From: Polyangiaceae bacterium
Lineage (GTDB): Bacteria; Myxococcota_A; Polyangia; Polyangiales; Polyangiaceae
Reading direction: 5' to 3'
DNA length: 31,855 bases
Assembly: GCA_033763455.1 (NCBI GenBank)
Contig: JANRKO010000021.1
Span: 1-31,855 of the forward strand
In this document: piece by piece, positions 7,659-16,618 of the stretch
How the letters are laid out: every line of letters starts with the position of its first letter
Numbering within the stretch: the first letter of the stretch is position 1
The notes under the pieces: generated by a model
What the model was told of the DNA's origin: nothing
Seen by the model: the letters and a program-made list of their open reading frames with translations, nothing else
The model's database searches: none
Made by a program: the position numbers and the translations under genes

Positions 7659-9760
7659 GCGCGAGAGGGGTCCGTAGGAGGTGGTGATAAGCGAGGGGCA
7701 CGCGAACTCGGACGACCCTCCAGTTGGTTCAGGGTGCGCAACAAAGCGGCATGAACCTGCGAGTCTGGCTCCGAACGCAAGCGCTGTCGAATGACATCTG
7801 GATCCATCCCAGGAACGGCGGCTGCAAGATGTGCCGCAAAATCGCGAACTTCACGCAGAGGGTGTTCAAGACAAAACCGCACATGCGGTGCGGCCTGGGA
7901 CCCGAACTCTACGACTAGGGCCTCCAGCGCCAACTTCACAACATCGGGCGCGGAGTGTTCAAGCGCGTCAGCGAGCGCCTCTGAGCGAAACGGGCTCTTA
8001 AGACCGACGAGCGCTTCTATCGCCGTGAGCGCGCATAACGGTTCGGGCCGCGATAGCATGGAGCGAAGCACCTCAAGCGCGCGGCTGTCGTTGGTATTGC
8101 CCAAAGCTCGAATCGCCGGGATGAGTAGGCGATCTTCTTCGGTCTGTGCGATAAGAGAGATCAGGGGCAGAGCGCCCGGGGAGGAGCCGTTTTCAGCGCG
8201 CAGGCTGCCCAGGGCACCGAGCGCCGCCACCTGCACCTCGGGCTCCTCATCCGTAAGGGCGAGCGCTAATACCTCAACCGCGGAAGGTTCAGCGAGTGCC
8301 GCAAGTGCTTCTACGGCCAAACGTCGCATGGTCTTGTCGTCGGTAGCCAACAGTTGCTTCAGGTGAGCAATGTCGACATCCGGTTCGGTGTGGACCGGCT
8401 TGCCCAGTGTGGCAACGACGATCGGCCACGCCAAGGACTGAGGATCCGCGCTCAGTACGGCACGACGAGCGGACTCAGGGAAATTACTGGTTAGCTCCCC
8501 AAACGCTTGGACGGCCACCTTGCGCACGGAAGGCGGCACCTCTTGCCTCAACCACGGCAAAAGCGCGCTAATCATCGCCTCCCCGCCGTGTCGAGCAGCG
8601 GCAGTCAGGACCCAGCGAGCTTGGCGCGAGTCACCTTCACTCAGCAAACGCAACAACACCGCATCGACCTCGGCAAGGCTCCCATTCCTTGGTAGCCTCG
8701 CCAAGATCTCCAACAGACCGAACGCTTCCTCGACGTCAGCTTCTGGAATCACCCGTACTAACGCGAGCACGCCGAGCTCCCTGAGGGAAGCGAGTGCCGC
8801 CTCCGCCTCCGCCTCCATGTCTGCATCTCCTAAACGCGAAACAAGAATCTCGGCCGATCGTGGCGTTTTTTGCAGCCCGCAGAGGAAGACCGCGGATTTA
8901 CACCATACCAGGTCCTCCCCACGTGACGCCGCTTGGGCTTCGACAAGCTCCGTAGCACGAGGTGCTTTTGACAGCGCCGCTTCGACGGCTCTCTGCTGAT
9001 TCTCGCCACTTTTGCCGAGCGTTGCGAGCGCAATCAGTGCTTCTCGGAAAGCGGCACCTGGACCTCGGTTCAATTCGTCCACCAACATTGGAACGGCAAC
9101 CACATCTCCGGTGAGCCCCAACGCCAAAAGGGCGGTTGGACGAAGGATTGGATCTGAGAGCATACTCGCGATGTGTGGGACGGGCAGGGCAAGCTGGAGA
9201 GTGTTCAGCCCTCCAAGTGCCGCCAAACGAAGCATTGCGTGCGAGCTCCGAAGTGCTGCTTCAAGCAGGTGAAATGCCTCCTCTGGATCGACGGCCCCGA
9301 GCGCCGCAACAGCTTCAATCCCGGCCATTTGCACGTTCGGATCGACGTCAACCAAGAGCTGACTGAGCGGGAGGAAGGCCCGCGCCTCACCCGAACTACC
9401 TAGCACCTCAGCCGCTAACTTTTTTGCATCGGCATCGAACGCTCCGAGGCGCCTGCCTAGCTCATCGACAACGGACTCACCGTACACAGCCAACGCCTCA
9501 ACGGCGGCATTCCGCTGGCCAACGTGGTCGCTATCGGTGAAGGTAGCAAGTAAACTGGACATGACATCGGGAGCCGGGGAAAGAGCCTTGGCGATGCGAA
9601 CTGCCTCTTTCCGAACTCGCCAGTCAGAGTCCGCCATGCACTTCACGAGCAATGGCGCGCGCCCCTTTAGAGCCTCAGTAGCTAACTTCTCGACCCCGTG
9701 TCGACGCACCTCCGCGTCCGCGGACGTGAGTGCCAATTCGATCTCCTGCTCAGAACTCAC
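7655..9760 (-). CDS. HEAT/PBS-lyase-like repeat protein within the che operon
   Basis: Repeated D.D..VR..AV.AL units (DSDWRVRKEAV, GQRNAAVEALA, DVDPNVQMAGIEAVAALG, DEEPEVQVAALGALG). Coupled to both neighbours by 4-nt overlaps (GTGA, ATGA). Confidence 0.88.
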   Translation of the reverse strand: MSSEQEIELALTSADAEVRRHGVEKLATEALKGRAPLLVKCMADSDWRVRKEAVRIAKALSPAPDVMSSLLATFTDSDHVGQRNAAVEALAVYGESVVDELGRRLGAFDADAKKLAAEVLGSSGEARAFLPLSQLLVDVDPNVQMAGIEAVAALGAVDPEEAFHLLEAALRSSHAMLRLAALGGLNTLQLALPVPHIASMLSDPILRPTALLALGLTGDVVAVPMLVDELNRGPGAAFREALIALATLGKSGENQQRAVEAALSKAPRATELVEAQAASRGEDLVWCKSAVFLCGLQKTPRSAEILVSRLGDADMEAEAEAALASLRELGVLALVRVIPEADVEEAFGLLEILARLPRNGSLAEVDAVLLRLLSEGDSRQARWVLTAAARHGGEAMISALLPWLRQEVPPSVRKVAVQAFGELTSNFPESARRAVLSADPQSLAWPIVVATLGKPVHTEPDVDIAHLKQLLATDDKTMRRLAVEALAALAEPSAVEVLALALTDEEPEVQVAALGALGSLRAENGSSPGALPLISLIAQTEEDRLLIPAIRALGNTNDSRALEVLRSMLSRPEPLCALTAIEALVGLKSPFRSEALADALEHSAPDVVKLALEALVVEFGSQAAPHVRFCLEHPLREVRDFAAHLAAAVPGMDPDVIRQRLRSEPDSQVHAALLRTLNQLEGRPSSRAPRLSPPPTDPSRA

Positions 9761-10251
9761 GCGTGGCCTCCGTCCGCTTTCGAGCCTGCAAAAAGACCCG
9801 ACATAAGGCTCTCGAAAGAGTCCAAATCCAGCACAAAGATGAGCTTGCCCCCGTGCGCGGCAACGCCGGAAATTCCGCGCACTTCATCGCCAGGGCCGAA
9901 CTCGGGCGCGGGCCTGAGGACACCACCCTCAGTTCCGAACACCTCGGTGACCCTGTCCACCGCCAGCCCAACTGTCCGCCCCTGCACATCCACCAAGATC
10001 CACTTTGTTCTGAGTGCTGACGCAAGTTTGGGCATCCCCAAGCGCGCTCGCAGATCCACAACCGGAACGACATCGCCGCGGTGATCCGCCACACCGAGGA
10101 TCACGTCTGGTGCGTTAGGTACAGGCGTGGTCGGAAGCGCATTCACAATTTCCCGCACGGAACTGATGGGAACGGCGTATTCCACGTCACCGAGCGCAAA
10201 CCCAACTAAGCTGCGCTTTGGATCGGGTCGGTCTTTACTCGGTTGCCTCAA
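9757..10251 (-). CDS. cheW: Chemotaxis coupling protein CheW (second copy)
   Basis: F.LG..EYAVPISSVREIV, TPVPNAPDVILGV..HRGDVVPVVDLR.RLG, VGLAVDRVTEV. TTG start is uncertain. Confidence 0.92.
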   Translation of the reverse strand: MRQPSKDRPDPKRSLVGFALGDVEYAVPISSVREIVNALPTTPVPNAPDVILGVADHRGDVVPVVDLRARLGMPKLASALRTKWILVDVQGRTVGLAVDRVTEVFGTEGGVLRPAPEFGPGDEVRGISGVAAHGGKLIFVLDLDSFESLMSGLFAGSKADGGHA

Positions 10252-10252
10252 G

Positions 10253-10735
10253 TTATGCTCCTACGATGGACCCAAGATCGAGCAAGACAATGGCGTCGCT
10301 AGAAGGGCGGCCAATGCCCTGAACGTGTGCGGAAATTTCACCCCCTAACACCGAAGCAACAGGCTCAATTTCACTCGCACCCAGACGGATCACCTGGCGC
10401 ACTTCGTCGACGAGTAACCCCACAACCTCACCCGAAGCGGTTTCGCTCAAGAGAATTCGCGTTCGCTGAGAGCCTGAACCATCTCCCAAACGCAACCTCT
10501 GCCTCAAATCAATCACCGTAACGAGGAGGCCTCGAACGCTGCAGATACCCAGTACATCCGACGCCGCACGCGGCACATGCGTGATAGGTGGCGGACTGAC
10601 GATTTCGCGAATAGTCGTGAGCTCCACGGCATAGAGCTCACCAGCGAGTGTAAACGCAAGAAATTCTCGGATGGGCCCAACTTGAGCGGCTCGCCTCAGG
10701 TGCCCCCGACGCTCCACGCGTGTCAAATCAGCCAT
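10253..10735 (-). CDS. cheW: Chemotaxis coupling protein CheW (first copy)
   Basis: FLAFTLAGELYAV..IREIV, ITHVP...VLGI..VRG..VTVIDLR, VGLLVDEVRQV. Confidence 0.93.
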   Translation of the reverse strand: MADLTRVERRGHLRRAAQVGPIREFLAFTLAGELYAVELTTIREIVSPPPITHVPRAASDVLGICSVRGLLVTVIDLRQRLRLGDGSGSQRTRILLSETASGEVVGLLVDEVRQVIRLGASEIEPVASVLGGEISAHVQGIGRPSSDAIVLLDLGSIVGA

Positions 10736-12833
10736 GGGCTCGCATCCCCTTCTCGCGAGCGTTCTCGCCGCTCAACAAAACCTCTTCAATCAAAGCCGCC
10801 GGATCTAACACCAGGCCTACGCGCTGATCGCCGAGCTCTGTGGCCCCCGAGAAACCACGTACGTGCGCAAGACTCTTACCGAGCGGCTTGATAACGATAT
10901 CCTGCTGCCCAATCAGGTAGTCCACCAAAATTCCCATTCGCTTGGAGCCCACGCTGGCAACCACCACGAACTTTCTGGCACGCGGGTCCTGTTCCGGCAG
11001 GCAAAGAACCCGTGCCAAACGGCAAAGCGGAAGAGATTGACCACGCAGAGTCATCACCTCTCGCCCGTCCACGACGCGCACGCCCCTGCCGTCGAAAGAA
11101 AGCGCTTCAGAAACACTATTGAGCGGCATTGCGAAGATATCTTGGCCTACCTTGACCAAAAGGGCGCTCACGATGGCCAGGGTTATTGGCAACGTGATGG
11201 TCATCTTGGTGCCGATGCCAGGCTCACTTTGCACGTCAATGACACCGCCGAGATGGCTGATGTTGGTCTTCACCACATCCATCCCGACGCCACGACCGCT
11301 CACGTCATCGACAACTTCGCGCGTGCTGACACCGGGAAGGAAGATAAGGCCCAGAATCTCTTCGCGCGAAAGCTCCTCCCGTTCGTTCAGATTGATCTTG
11401 CCAAGCCGCAGCGCCTTCTGCAGCAACGCATTCTCATCAATTCCTCGACCATCGTCCTCGATCTCAATAACAACGTGGTTCCCCTTTTGAAACGCATTCA
11501 GCGCAATGGTGCCGGCGTTTGGTTTGCCAACACGTGCCCGCTCCGCAGCACTTTCGATACCATGATCGATGGAGTTTCGAATCATGTGCATGAGCGGATC
11601 GCTCAGCTCTTCGACGATCAGCTTATCGATTTCGGTCTCAGCGCCCGTGATGACGAATCGAATCTCTTTGTTGAGCTCACGCCCGATTTGCCGGACCACA
11701 CGCGAGAGACGTTCGAATACTTGGCCCAAGGGCACCATTCGCACTTCAAGAATGCCGTCCTGCATTTCAGTGAGGCGACGCTCGAAATTGCGGTGAACAC
11801 GTAGGAGCTCCGAGGCAAGCTGCGGTTGGCCATCCGTGCGCACACGGTCAGCCACTTTGGCCAGAACGCTCCGTACAATCGCCAACTCGCCGACGATATT
11901 CATCAGCCGGTCAAGCTTGCGAATATCAACGCGCACCGTCTGGGTAAGGCTGCGCAGTGAACGATCCGGCGACGCCAGCGCCATCTCGGCGTTTTCTTCG
12001 GGCACCCCAAGTGGCTTCGAAAGGGCTGGGAGGCTCACCTCGTGCCGCACAGACCGCCCTCGGGAAAGGGGCGAACCATGCAGATCGGCTTTCCGGGCAA
12101 CCTCCTCGACGATGACGTGCTCTGACGCGAGCGAGCCGATCAACATCGAAAGGTCATCGTGGGATGCCATCAACAAATCGAGCTCAATAGTCTCGATGCT
12201 GGAAGACTCACCCGTGGGCAAATACGTTATGATTTCCCCGTGTCGTTTGGCCCGCTCTTTGATCTCCTCAAGTGCCTTGTCGAGGGTTGCAAGATCGAAC
12301 TTAACGCGTAAGCGGTACAGCCGGAGGCCTTGTTCGAGGTTGGAGCGTAGCCGATGCTCCTCATATTCGGTCAGAACCGCCAACATGCCCGGGTCGAGCT
12401 CGTAGTCGGTGACCATCGCGGGCTCAGGCTCTTCGTGCCCAGCAAGCTGCGCCAAACGCTCCAATAGGTTCGTGAGGCCCTGCGGCGCAGCCTCACTCCC
12501 CCCACGTTCTGCCTCCAGGATCTTGCCAAAAACGTCGATCGAGCTGAATAGCAAATCCAGCACCGCGCGCGTAAGTTCCGCACGACCGAGACGCAGATCG
12601 TCCAGCAAATCCTCCAGGTGGTGGGCCAAGCTGCCCATGGCCGTGGCACCAAAAAGGCCAGCCAGCCCTTTTAGGGTATGCACAGCTCGGAAAACTTCGT
12701 TCACCAACGTCGGATCGGAATGGCCCCCGGTGAGGGATTCGTCGATCGCGAGCAAGTTCCTAGAATAGGTTTCTATAATCTCCTGGGCTTCGGAGAAGAA
12801 CTCGTCGCGTGCTTTGTCGATTGAATCCACCAT
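10728..12833 (-). CDS. cheA: Chemotaxis histidine kinase CheA
   Basis: Hpt domain (VFRAVHTLKGLAG), P2-like region, dimerisation domain (TVRVDIRKLDRLMNIVGEL), HATPase (HMIRNSIDHGIE, DDGRG, SGRGVGMDVVK) and C-terminal CheW-like P5. Confidence 0.97.
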   Translation of the reverse strand: MVDSIDKARDEFFSEAQEIIETYSRNLLAIDESLTGGHSDPTLVNEVFRAVHTLKGLAGLFGATAMGSLAHHLEDLLDDLRLGRAELTRAVLDLLFSSIDVFGKILEAERGGSEAAPQGLTNLLERLAQLAGHEEPEPAMVTDYELDPGMLAVLTEYEEHRLRSNLEQGLRLYRLRVKFDLATLDKALEEIKERAKRHGEIITYLPTGESSSIETIELDLLMASHDDLSMLIGSLASEHVIVEEVARKADLHGSPLSRGRSVRHEVSLPALSKPLGVPEENAEMALASPDRSLRSLTQTVRVDIRKLDRLMNIVGELAIVRSVLAKVADRVRTDGQPQLASELLRVHRNFERRLTEMQDGILEVRMVPLGQVFERLSRVVRQIGRELNKEIRFVITGAETEIDKLIVEELSDPLMHMIRNSIDHGIESAAERARVGKPNAGTIALNAFQKGNHVVIEIEDDGRGIDENALLQKALRLGKINLNEREELSREEILGLIFLPGVSTREVVDDVSGRGVGMDVVKTNISHLGGVIDVQSEPGIGTKMTITLPITLAIVSALLVKVGQDIFAMPLNSVSEALSFDGRGVRVVDGREVMTLRGQSLPLCRLARVLCLPEQDPRARKFVVVASVGSKRMGILVDYLIGQQDIVIKPLGKSLAHVRGFSGATELGDQRVGLVLDPAALIEEVLLSGENAREKGMRAHG

Positions 12834-12840
12834 GACGGAG

Positions 12841-13227
12841 CTAGCTTCGATGTCCTAGCGCGGCGAGCGTGCTCGCCAGGAGCTCTTCGGTGGAAAACGG
12901 CTTGGGTAGGTAGGCGGTTGCGCCTAATGCTAGCCCCCGTTTGCGGTCTCTTTCCGACGATTGCGTGGAAATGAGGAGCACCGGAATATCTTTGTACTTC
13001 TCACTTGTCCGCACAAAATTGAGAAGCTCAAGGCCGTTGATGTCTGGCATGTTGATATCGCTGATCACCAGATCGATGTGGCTGCGGGGCAACAAGCGCA
13101 GCGCATCAAACCCGCTGGCAGCCTCCACTACCTCCACCTCGCCAAGTGCGGACTGTGCGGAGCCCAAACACGCTCGTACAAAAGAGCGCATGCTCACGGA
13201 ATCTTCGACCAAAAGAATTCTTACCAT
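12841..13227 (-). CDS. cheY: Single-domain response regulator CheY
   Basis: ILLVEDS, ISDINMPDINGLEL, IST, YLPKPF. The start could alternatively be ATG 13263. Confidence 0.92.
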   Translation of the reverse strand: MVRILLVEDSVSMRSFVRACLGSAQSALGEVEVVEAASGFDALRLLPRSHIDLVISDINMPDINGLELLNFVRTSEKYKDIPVLLISTQSSERDRKRGLALGATAYLPKPFSTEELLASTLAALGHRS

Positions 13228-13332
13228 TGGCTGCTTGGCTTGGCGGACGGGATGGGACCCCACATGTTAGCGGGCCCGATCGCCAGACGTCACGACAAGG
13301 CGCCGGCTTGAGGCTTGCCACCCCTAAGTTGG

Positions 13333-13348
13333 TGCCACTATCGTGCCA
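13333..13348 (-). promoter_or_regulatory. Candidate sigma54 (-24/-12) promoter of the che operon
   Basis: Minus strand reads TGGCACG-ATAG-TGGCA versus consensus TGGCACG-N4-TTGCW: one mismatch, GG and GC correctly spaced, oriented toward cheY. Confidence 0.55.
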
Positions 13349-13419
13349 CTATATAAGAAACGGCACGGCGGCCGGAACCGCTTGACACACGCAGGCGTCG
13401 TTGGTGCGCTGAGCCCGCC

Positions 13420-14748
13420 ATGCACGTTTACCCATCGGACCCCGGTAAAGTGTGTGTGATAGGCGCCGGCCCCTCGGGGCTTGCCGCCGTCAAGGCTTTG
13501 ACAGACGCGGGGGTTGCCCTCGAATGCTTCGAGAAAGGCGACCGCGTTGGAGGCAACTGGGTCTTTCGAAACACGAACGGCCTTTCGTCCGCTTATCGCT
13601 CCCTCCACATCAACACCTCCAAAAAGCGCTCCCAGTTTTCGGACTTCCCGATGCCCGAGGACTATCCGGACTACCCCCGCCACGACCTGATGGCGAAGTA
13701 CTTTGAGAGCTTCGCCTTGGCCTTTGGTCTTATGCGAGTCATCCAGTTCAACACTAGCGTGAAACGGGTCGATCGCATTCCCGGCGGAAGCTGGCGCGTC
13801 ACACTGAGCAACGGCGAAGTCCGGGAGTATCGAGCCGTGGTGGTTGCCAACGGGCACCATTGGGACCCTCGCTATCCGGACCCACCACCCGAAGGTACAT
13901 TTAACGGCGTTACCTTTCATTCGCATCACTACGTGGATCCGCTTGAGCCTCATGATCTAAGGGACAAGAACGTCGTGGTGGTTGGCATCGGAAACAGCGC
14001 AGTCGACATCGCCTGCGAGCTCAGCCACGCTGGCAATGCGCACAGGGTTTTCCTCTCCACGCGGCGCGGTGCGTATGTATTGCCGAAGTATCTACTTGGA
14101 AAGCCTATTGATGCGGGGCTCTCGCTCCCGGATTGGCTACCGCAAAAACGCCTTATCGCGACTCGACTTTTCGAAGCCTTGGTTGGAAAGATGGAAGACT
14201 TTGGTCTGCCGCGGCCCGACCACCGCTTGCTAGAAGCTCACCCTACCGTTTCAAGTGAGCTCCTCACGCGCTTAGGCTCGGGGGATGTGACACCGAAGCC
14301 GGCAATTAGGCGTTACTTGGGGCACCAGGTGGAATTTTTGGATGGGACCCAGGAGCCCATAGACGCGGTGATCTACTGCACGGGCTATCGAGTGTCCTTT
14401 CCGTTTTTTGACCCCGATTTGGTGAGTGCTCCCAACAATGAACTCTCACTGTTTCATCGCGTGTTTCACCCGGAGCACCCGGGGCTCTTCTTTGTTGGCC
14501 TTTGCCAGCCGCTGGGAGCCATCTTCCCCCTAGCGGAAGTGCAGAGCCGTTGGATCGCCGAATACTTGAACGCTGACTACGCGCTTCCGTCCAAAGAGAG
14601 CATGCTCGCACAACTCGAACGAGATCGAATAGCCCTCAAAAAACGCTACGTACGCTCCGCGCGCCACACCCTGCAGGTGGACGTGGAGCGGTACCTTCGC
14701 GCTGTCGAAAAGGAGCGAAAGAGCGGGCGCAAACGGGCAAAACAGTAG
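13420..14748 (+). CDS. Flavin-containing monooxygenase (class B, FMO-like)
   Basis: FAD motif VIGAGPSG, GGNW, LHINTSK, FMO fingerprint FNGVTFHSHHY, NADPH motif VVGIGNSA, IYCTGY. Confidence 0.93.
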   Translation: MHVYPSDPGKVCVIGAGPSGLAAVKALTDAGVALECFEKGDRVGGNWVFRNTNGLSSAYRSLHINTSKKRSQFSDFPMPEDYPDYPRHDLMAKYFESFALAFGLMRVIQFNTSVKRVDRIPGGSWRVTLSNGEVREYRAVVVANGHHWDPRYPDPPPEGTFNGVTFHSHHYVDPLEPHDLRDKNVVVVGIGNSAVDIACELSHAGNAHRVFLSTRRGAYVLPKYLLGKPIDAGLSLPDWLPQKRLIATRLFEALVGKMEDFGLPRPDHRLLEAHPTVSSELLTRLGSGDVTPKPAIRRYLGHQVEFLDGTQEPIDAVIYCTGYRVSFPFFDPDLVSAPNNELSLFHRVFHPEHPGLFFVGLCQPLGAIFPLAEVQSRWIAEYLNADYALPSKESMLAQLERDRIALKKRYVRSARHTLQVDVERYLRAVEKERKSGRKRAKQ

Positions 14749-14751
14749 ATT

Positions 14752-16464
14752 TTAGGCCCGGAGGGCCGACCACGCCAGGCCAGCAACTTTGGCCCAGCTG
14801 GGGGCGGCTTCGAATTCACAAAACTTCTTCGCCACGATGTTCTGCGTACGGTGGCCAGGGAACCACATGGGCAGCGGGAAGGCTTCAAATGGCCCGCGCA
14901 ACACGCTCTTTTCGATTCGTTCGAGCATGAAAGTGTTGTGCACAAAGCCAATGCCACTCTGCACATCTTCTAAAGTAGCACCCGGGTAACCACCCCAAGG
15001 AATGGACCCCATTCCGAAGGCCGCAGCGGGCCAGTGGTTCACACCAATCACCCCGTAGCGAAGAGCTGAAATAGCCTTCTTCACGGCCTGCGAGTACCGT
15101 GGGTCGCGTTCGCTCTGCGGGGGCACAAGAAGCATCGCATTGAGCGTGCCTCGCACGTGATCGTTCAAAAAAGACGTCGCGGCTTGAAAGAACTCTTCGG
15201 GGTCGGGGCTTCCCAGCGACGTTTGGCTCAAGACCGCGCAAAAAGGCTCTTCGTTGAACGTCGGGGACGCCGGGTGGGGCTCCACGTCAGACACCAAAGC
15301 CCAAGGAAGCGTACCTTCTCGGGCTTCCCCGAATTTCTGCACGTTGCTTCCGGCTGCAAGTAACCGCCCGTAGGCCTCCTCGGACCCTGGGTAATAAGAA
15401 TACCTGGTTGGAACACGCCCCAACCACTCCGCCACGGCTTTCAAGAAGAGCGGAGCTTGTGGCCAGCCGCGTGCCAGCACCAAGAGCTTGGTGGCGTTGC
15501 AGTTGAAGCCCGCGTTCAGCACGAACGTGCCGACGACGTTCCGTGCCATCAACTGAAGCTGGGCGTCTGTGTACTTCGCGGGGGTAATGATGGCCGGGCT
15601 GATGTTTCCAAGCTCGCTCGTGATCGGCTTGGTGAGAAGCGGCTGGTGCAACGCTTGGCGGCGGGTGCGCTCTTCACCGGGTGGACCCCACACGATGTGA
15701 TCGAATGTTCGATCAGAACCGGTGATATGAATATCGCTAACCATTGGATGTTGACACAGGTACGCTCCCACGTCACCACCACCGTAAGCTATCTGCAGAA
15801 AACCAGCTCGGATGAGCACTTCAAACGCACGCTCGAAGCAAGGCCCCAGGTAATCGTTGATGGGGTTCAGCTTGAGGAGGCACACCCGCCCTTCCACAAA
15901 CAGCTTGTAAAGAGCGTCTACCGCCGGGATCGAAGCGATATTTCCCGCCCCAAGTACCAGCGACACTCCACCTTCGGGCTCACTCTCGTCGTAAAACGTC
16001 CCTTGAAGGCCCGCCACATCCCCCGGAGCCACACCAGAAGCCAGCCACGTTTCAGAAGTGAACCCCAGGAAGACGGCGCGGTCGAAGCTGTCCACGGGCA
16101 AGACTGAGATAGTGGTTCGTCCTTCGTCAGTCTCGGTGACCCTACTTTGCGAGGTTAAGGTGCGTCCGCTCACTCGGCGACGCGCCAGGCTGCCCTCGTA
16201 CTGACGCAGATGCCTCAGAATGATGCCGGGCCCACTCAACCACTCCTCAGCCGCTAAATTTCCAGAGAAGTCTATTCGTTTAGCGGCACAGGCTCGCTCC
16301 ACCAGCGCGGGGGCGACCTCCTTGAACGCCTGCCGCGTTTCGCTCAACCACCGCTCTTTCTGGGCAATAGGTGCGCGGGCAAACTCGCGCGCCTTGGACG
16401 CTAGGCGTTCAAGGCTTTGGTCGAGCACTGCGCGAGAAGTTGGAGGGGCGTTAGAAATGGGCAT
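14752..16464 (-). CDS. Aldehyde dehydrogenase family protein
   Basis: LGAGN, LKLNP.N, HITGS..T, ELGNISP (catalytic Glu), NAGFNC (catalytic Cys), EEPF. Confidence 0.88.
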   Translation of the reverse strand: MPISNAPPTSRAVLDQSLERLASKAREFARAPIAQKERWLSETRQAFKEVAPALVERACAAKRIDFSGNLAAEEWLSGPGIILRHLRQYEGSLARRRVSGRTLTSQSRVTETDEGRTTISVLPVDSFDRAVFLGFTSETWLASGVAPGDVAGLQGTFYDESEPEGGVSLVLGAGNIASIPAVDALYKLFVEGRVCLLKLNPINDYLGPCFERAFEVLIRAGFLQIAYGGGDVGAYLCQHPMVSDIHITGSDRTFDHIVWGPPGEERTRRQALHQPLLTKPITSELGNISPAIITPAKYTDAQLQLMARNVVGTFVLNAGFNCNATKLLVLARGWPQAPLFLKAVAEWLGRVPTRYSYYPGSEEAYGRLLAAGSNVQKFGEAREGTLPWALVSDVEPHPASPTFNEEPFCAVLSQTSLGSPDPEEFFQAATSFLNDHVRGTLNAMLLVPPQSERDPRYSQAVKKAISALRYGVIGVNHWPAAAFGMGSIPWGGYPGATLEDVQSGIGFVHNTFMLERIEKSVLRGPFEAFPLPMWFPGHRTQNIVAKKFCEFEAAPSWAKVAGLAWSALRA

Positions 16465-16618
16465 GGAACAAGTAGGTACCGATAGCGGGGCTGGAGCGAA
16501 TGGACCAAAAAGCAGGCAGGCGGAAGGGCTCCACAGCGGCGCGAGCCGCTATTCTAAGCGCTGAAATTCTGAACGAGTTGCGGACGGCTTCGGGTTCTTG
16601 GGGTATATACCCTAGCTG

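Noticed and set aside
16535..16550. AGCGGC-GCGA-GCCGCT hairpin
   Set aside because: It lies between divergent genes, where no terminator is expected, and is too short to support an ncRNA call.
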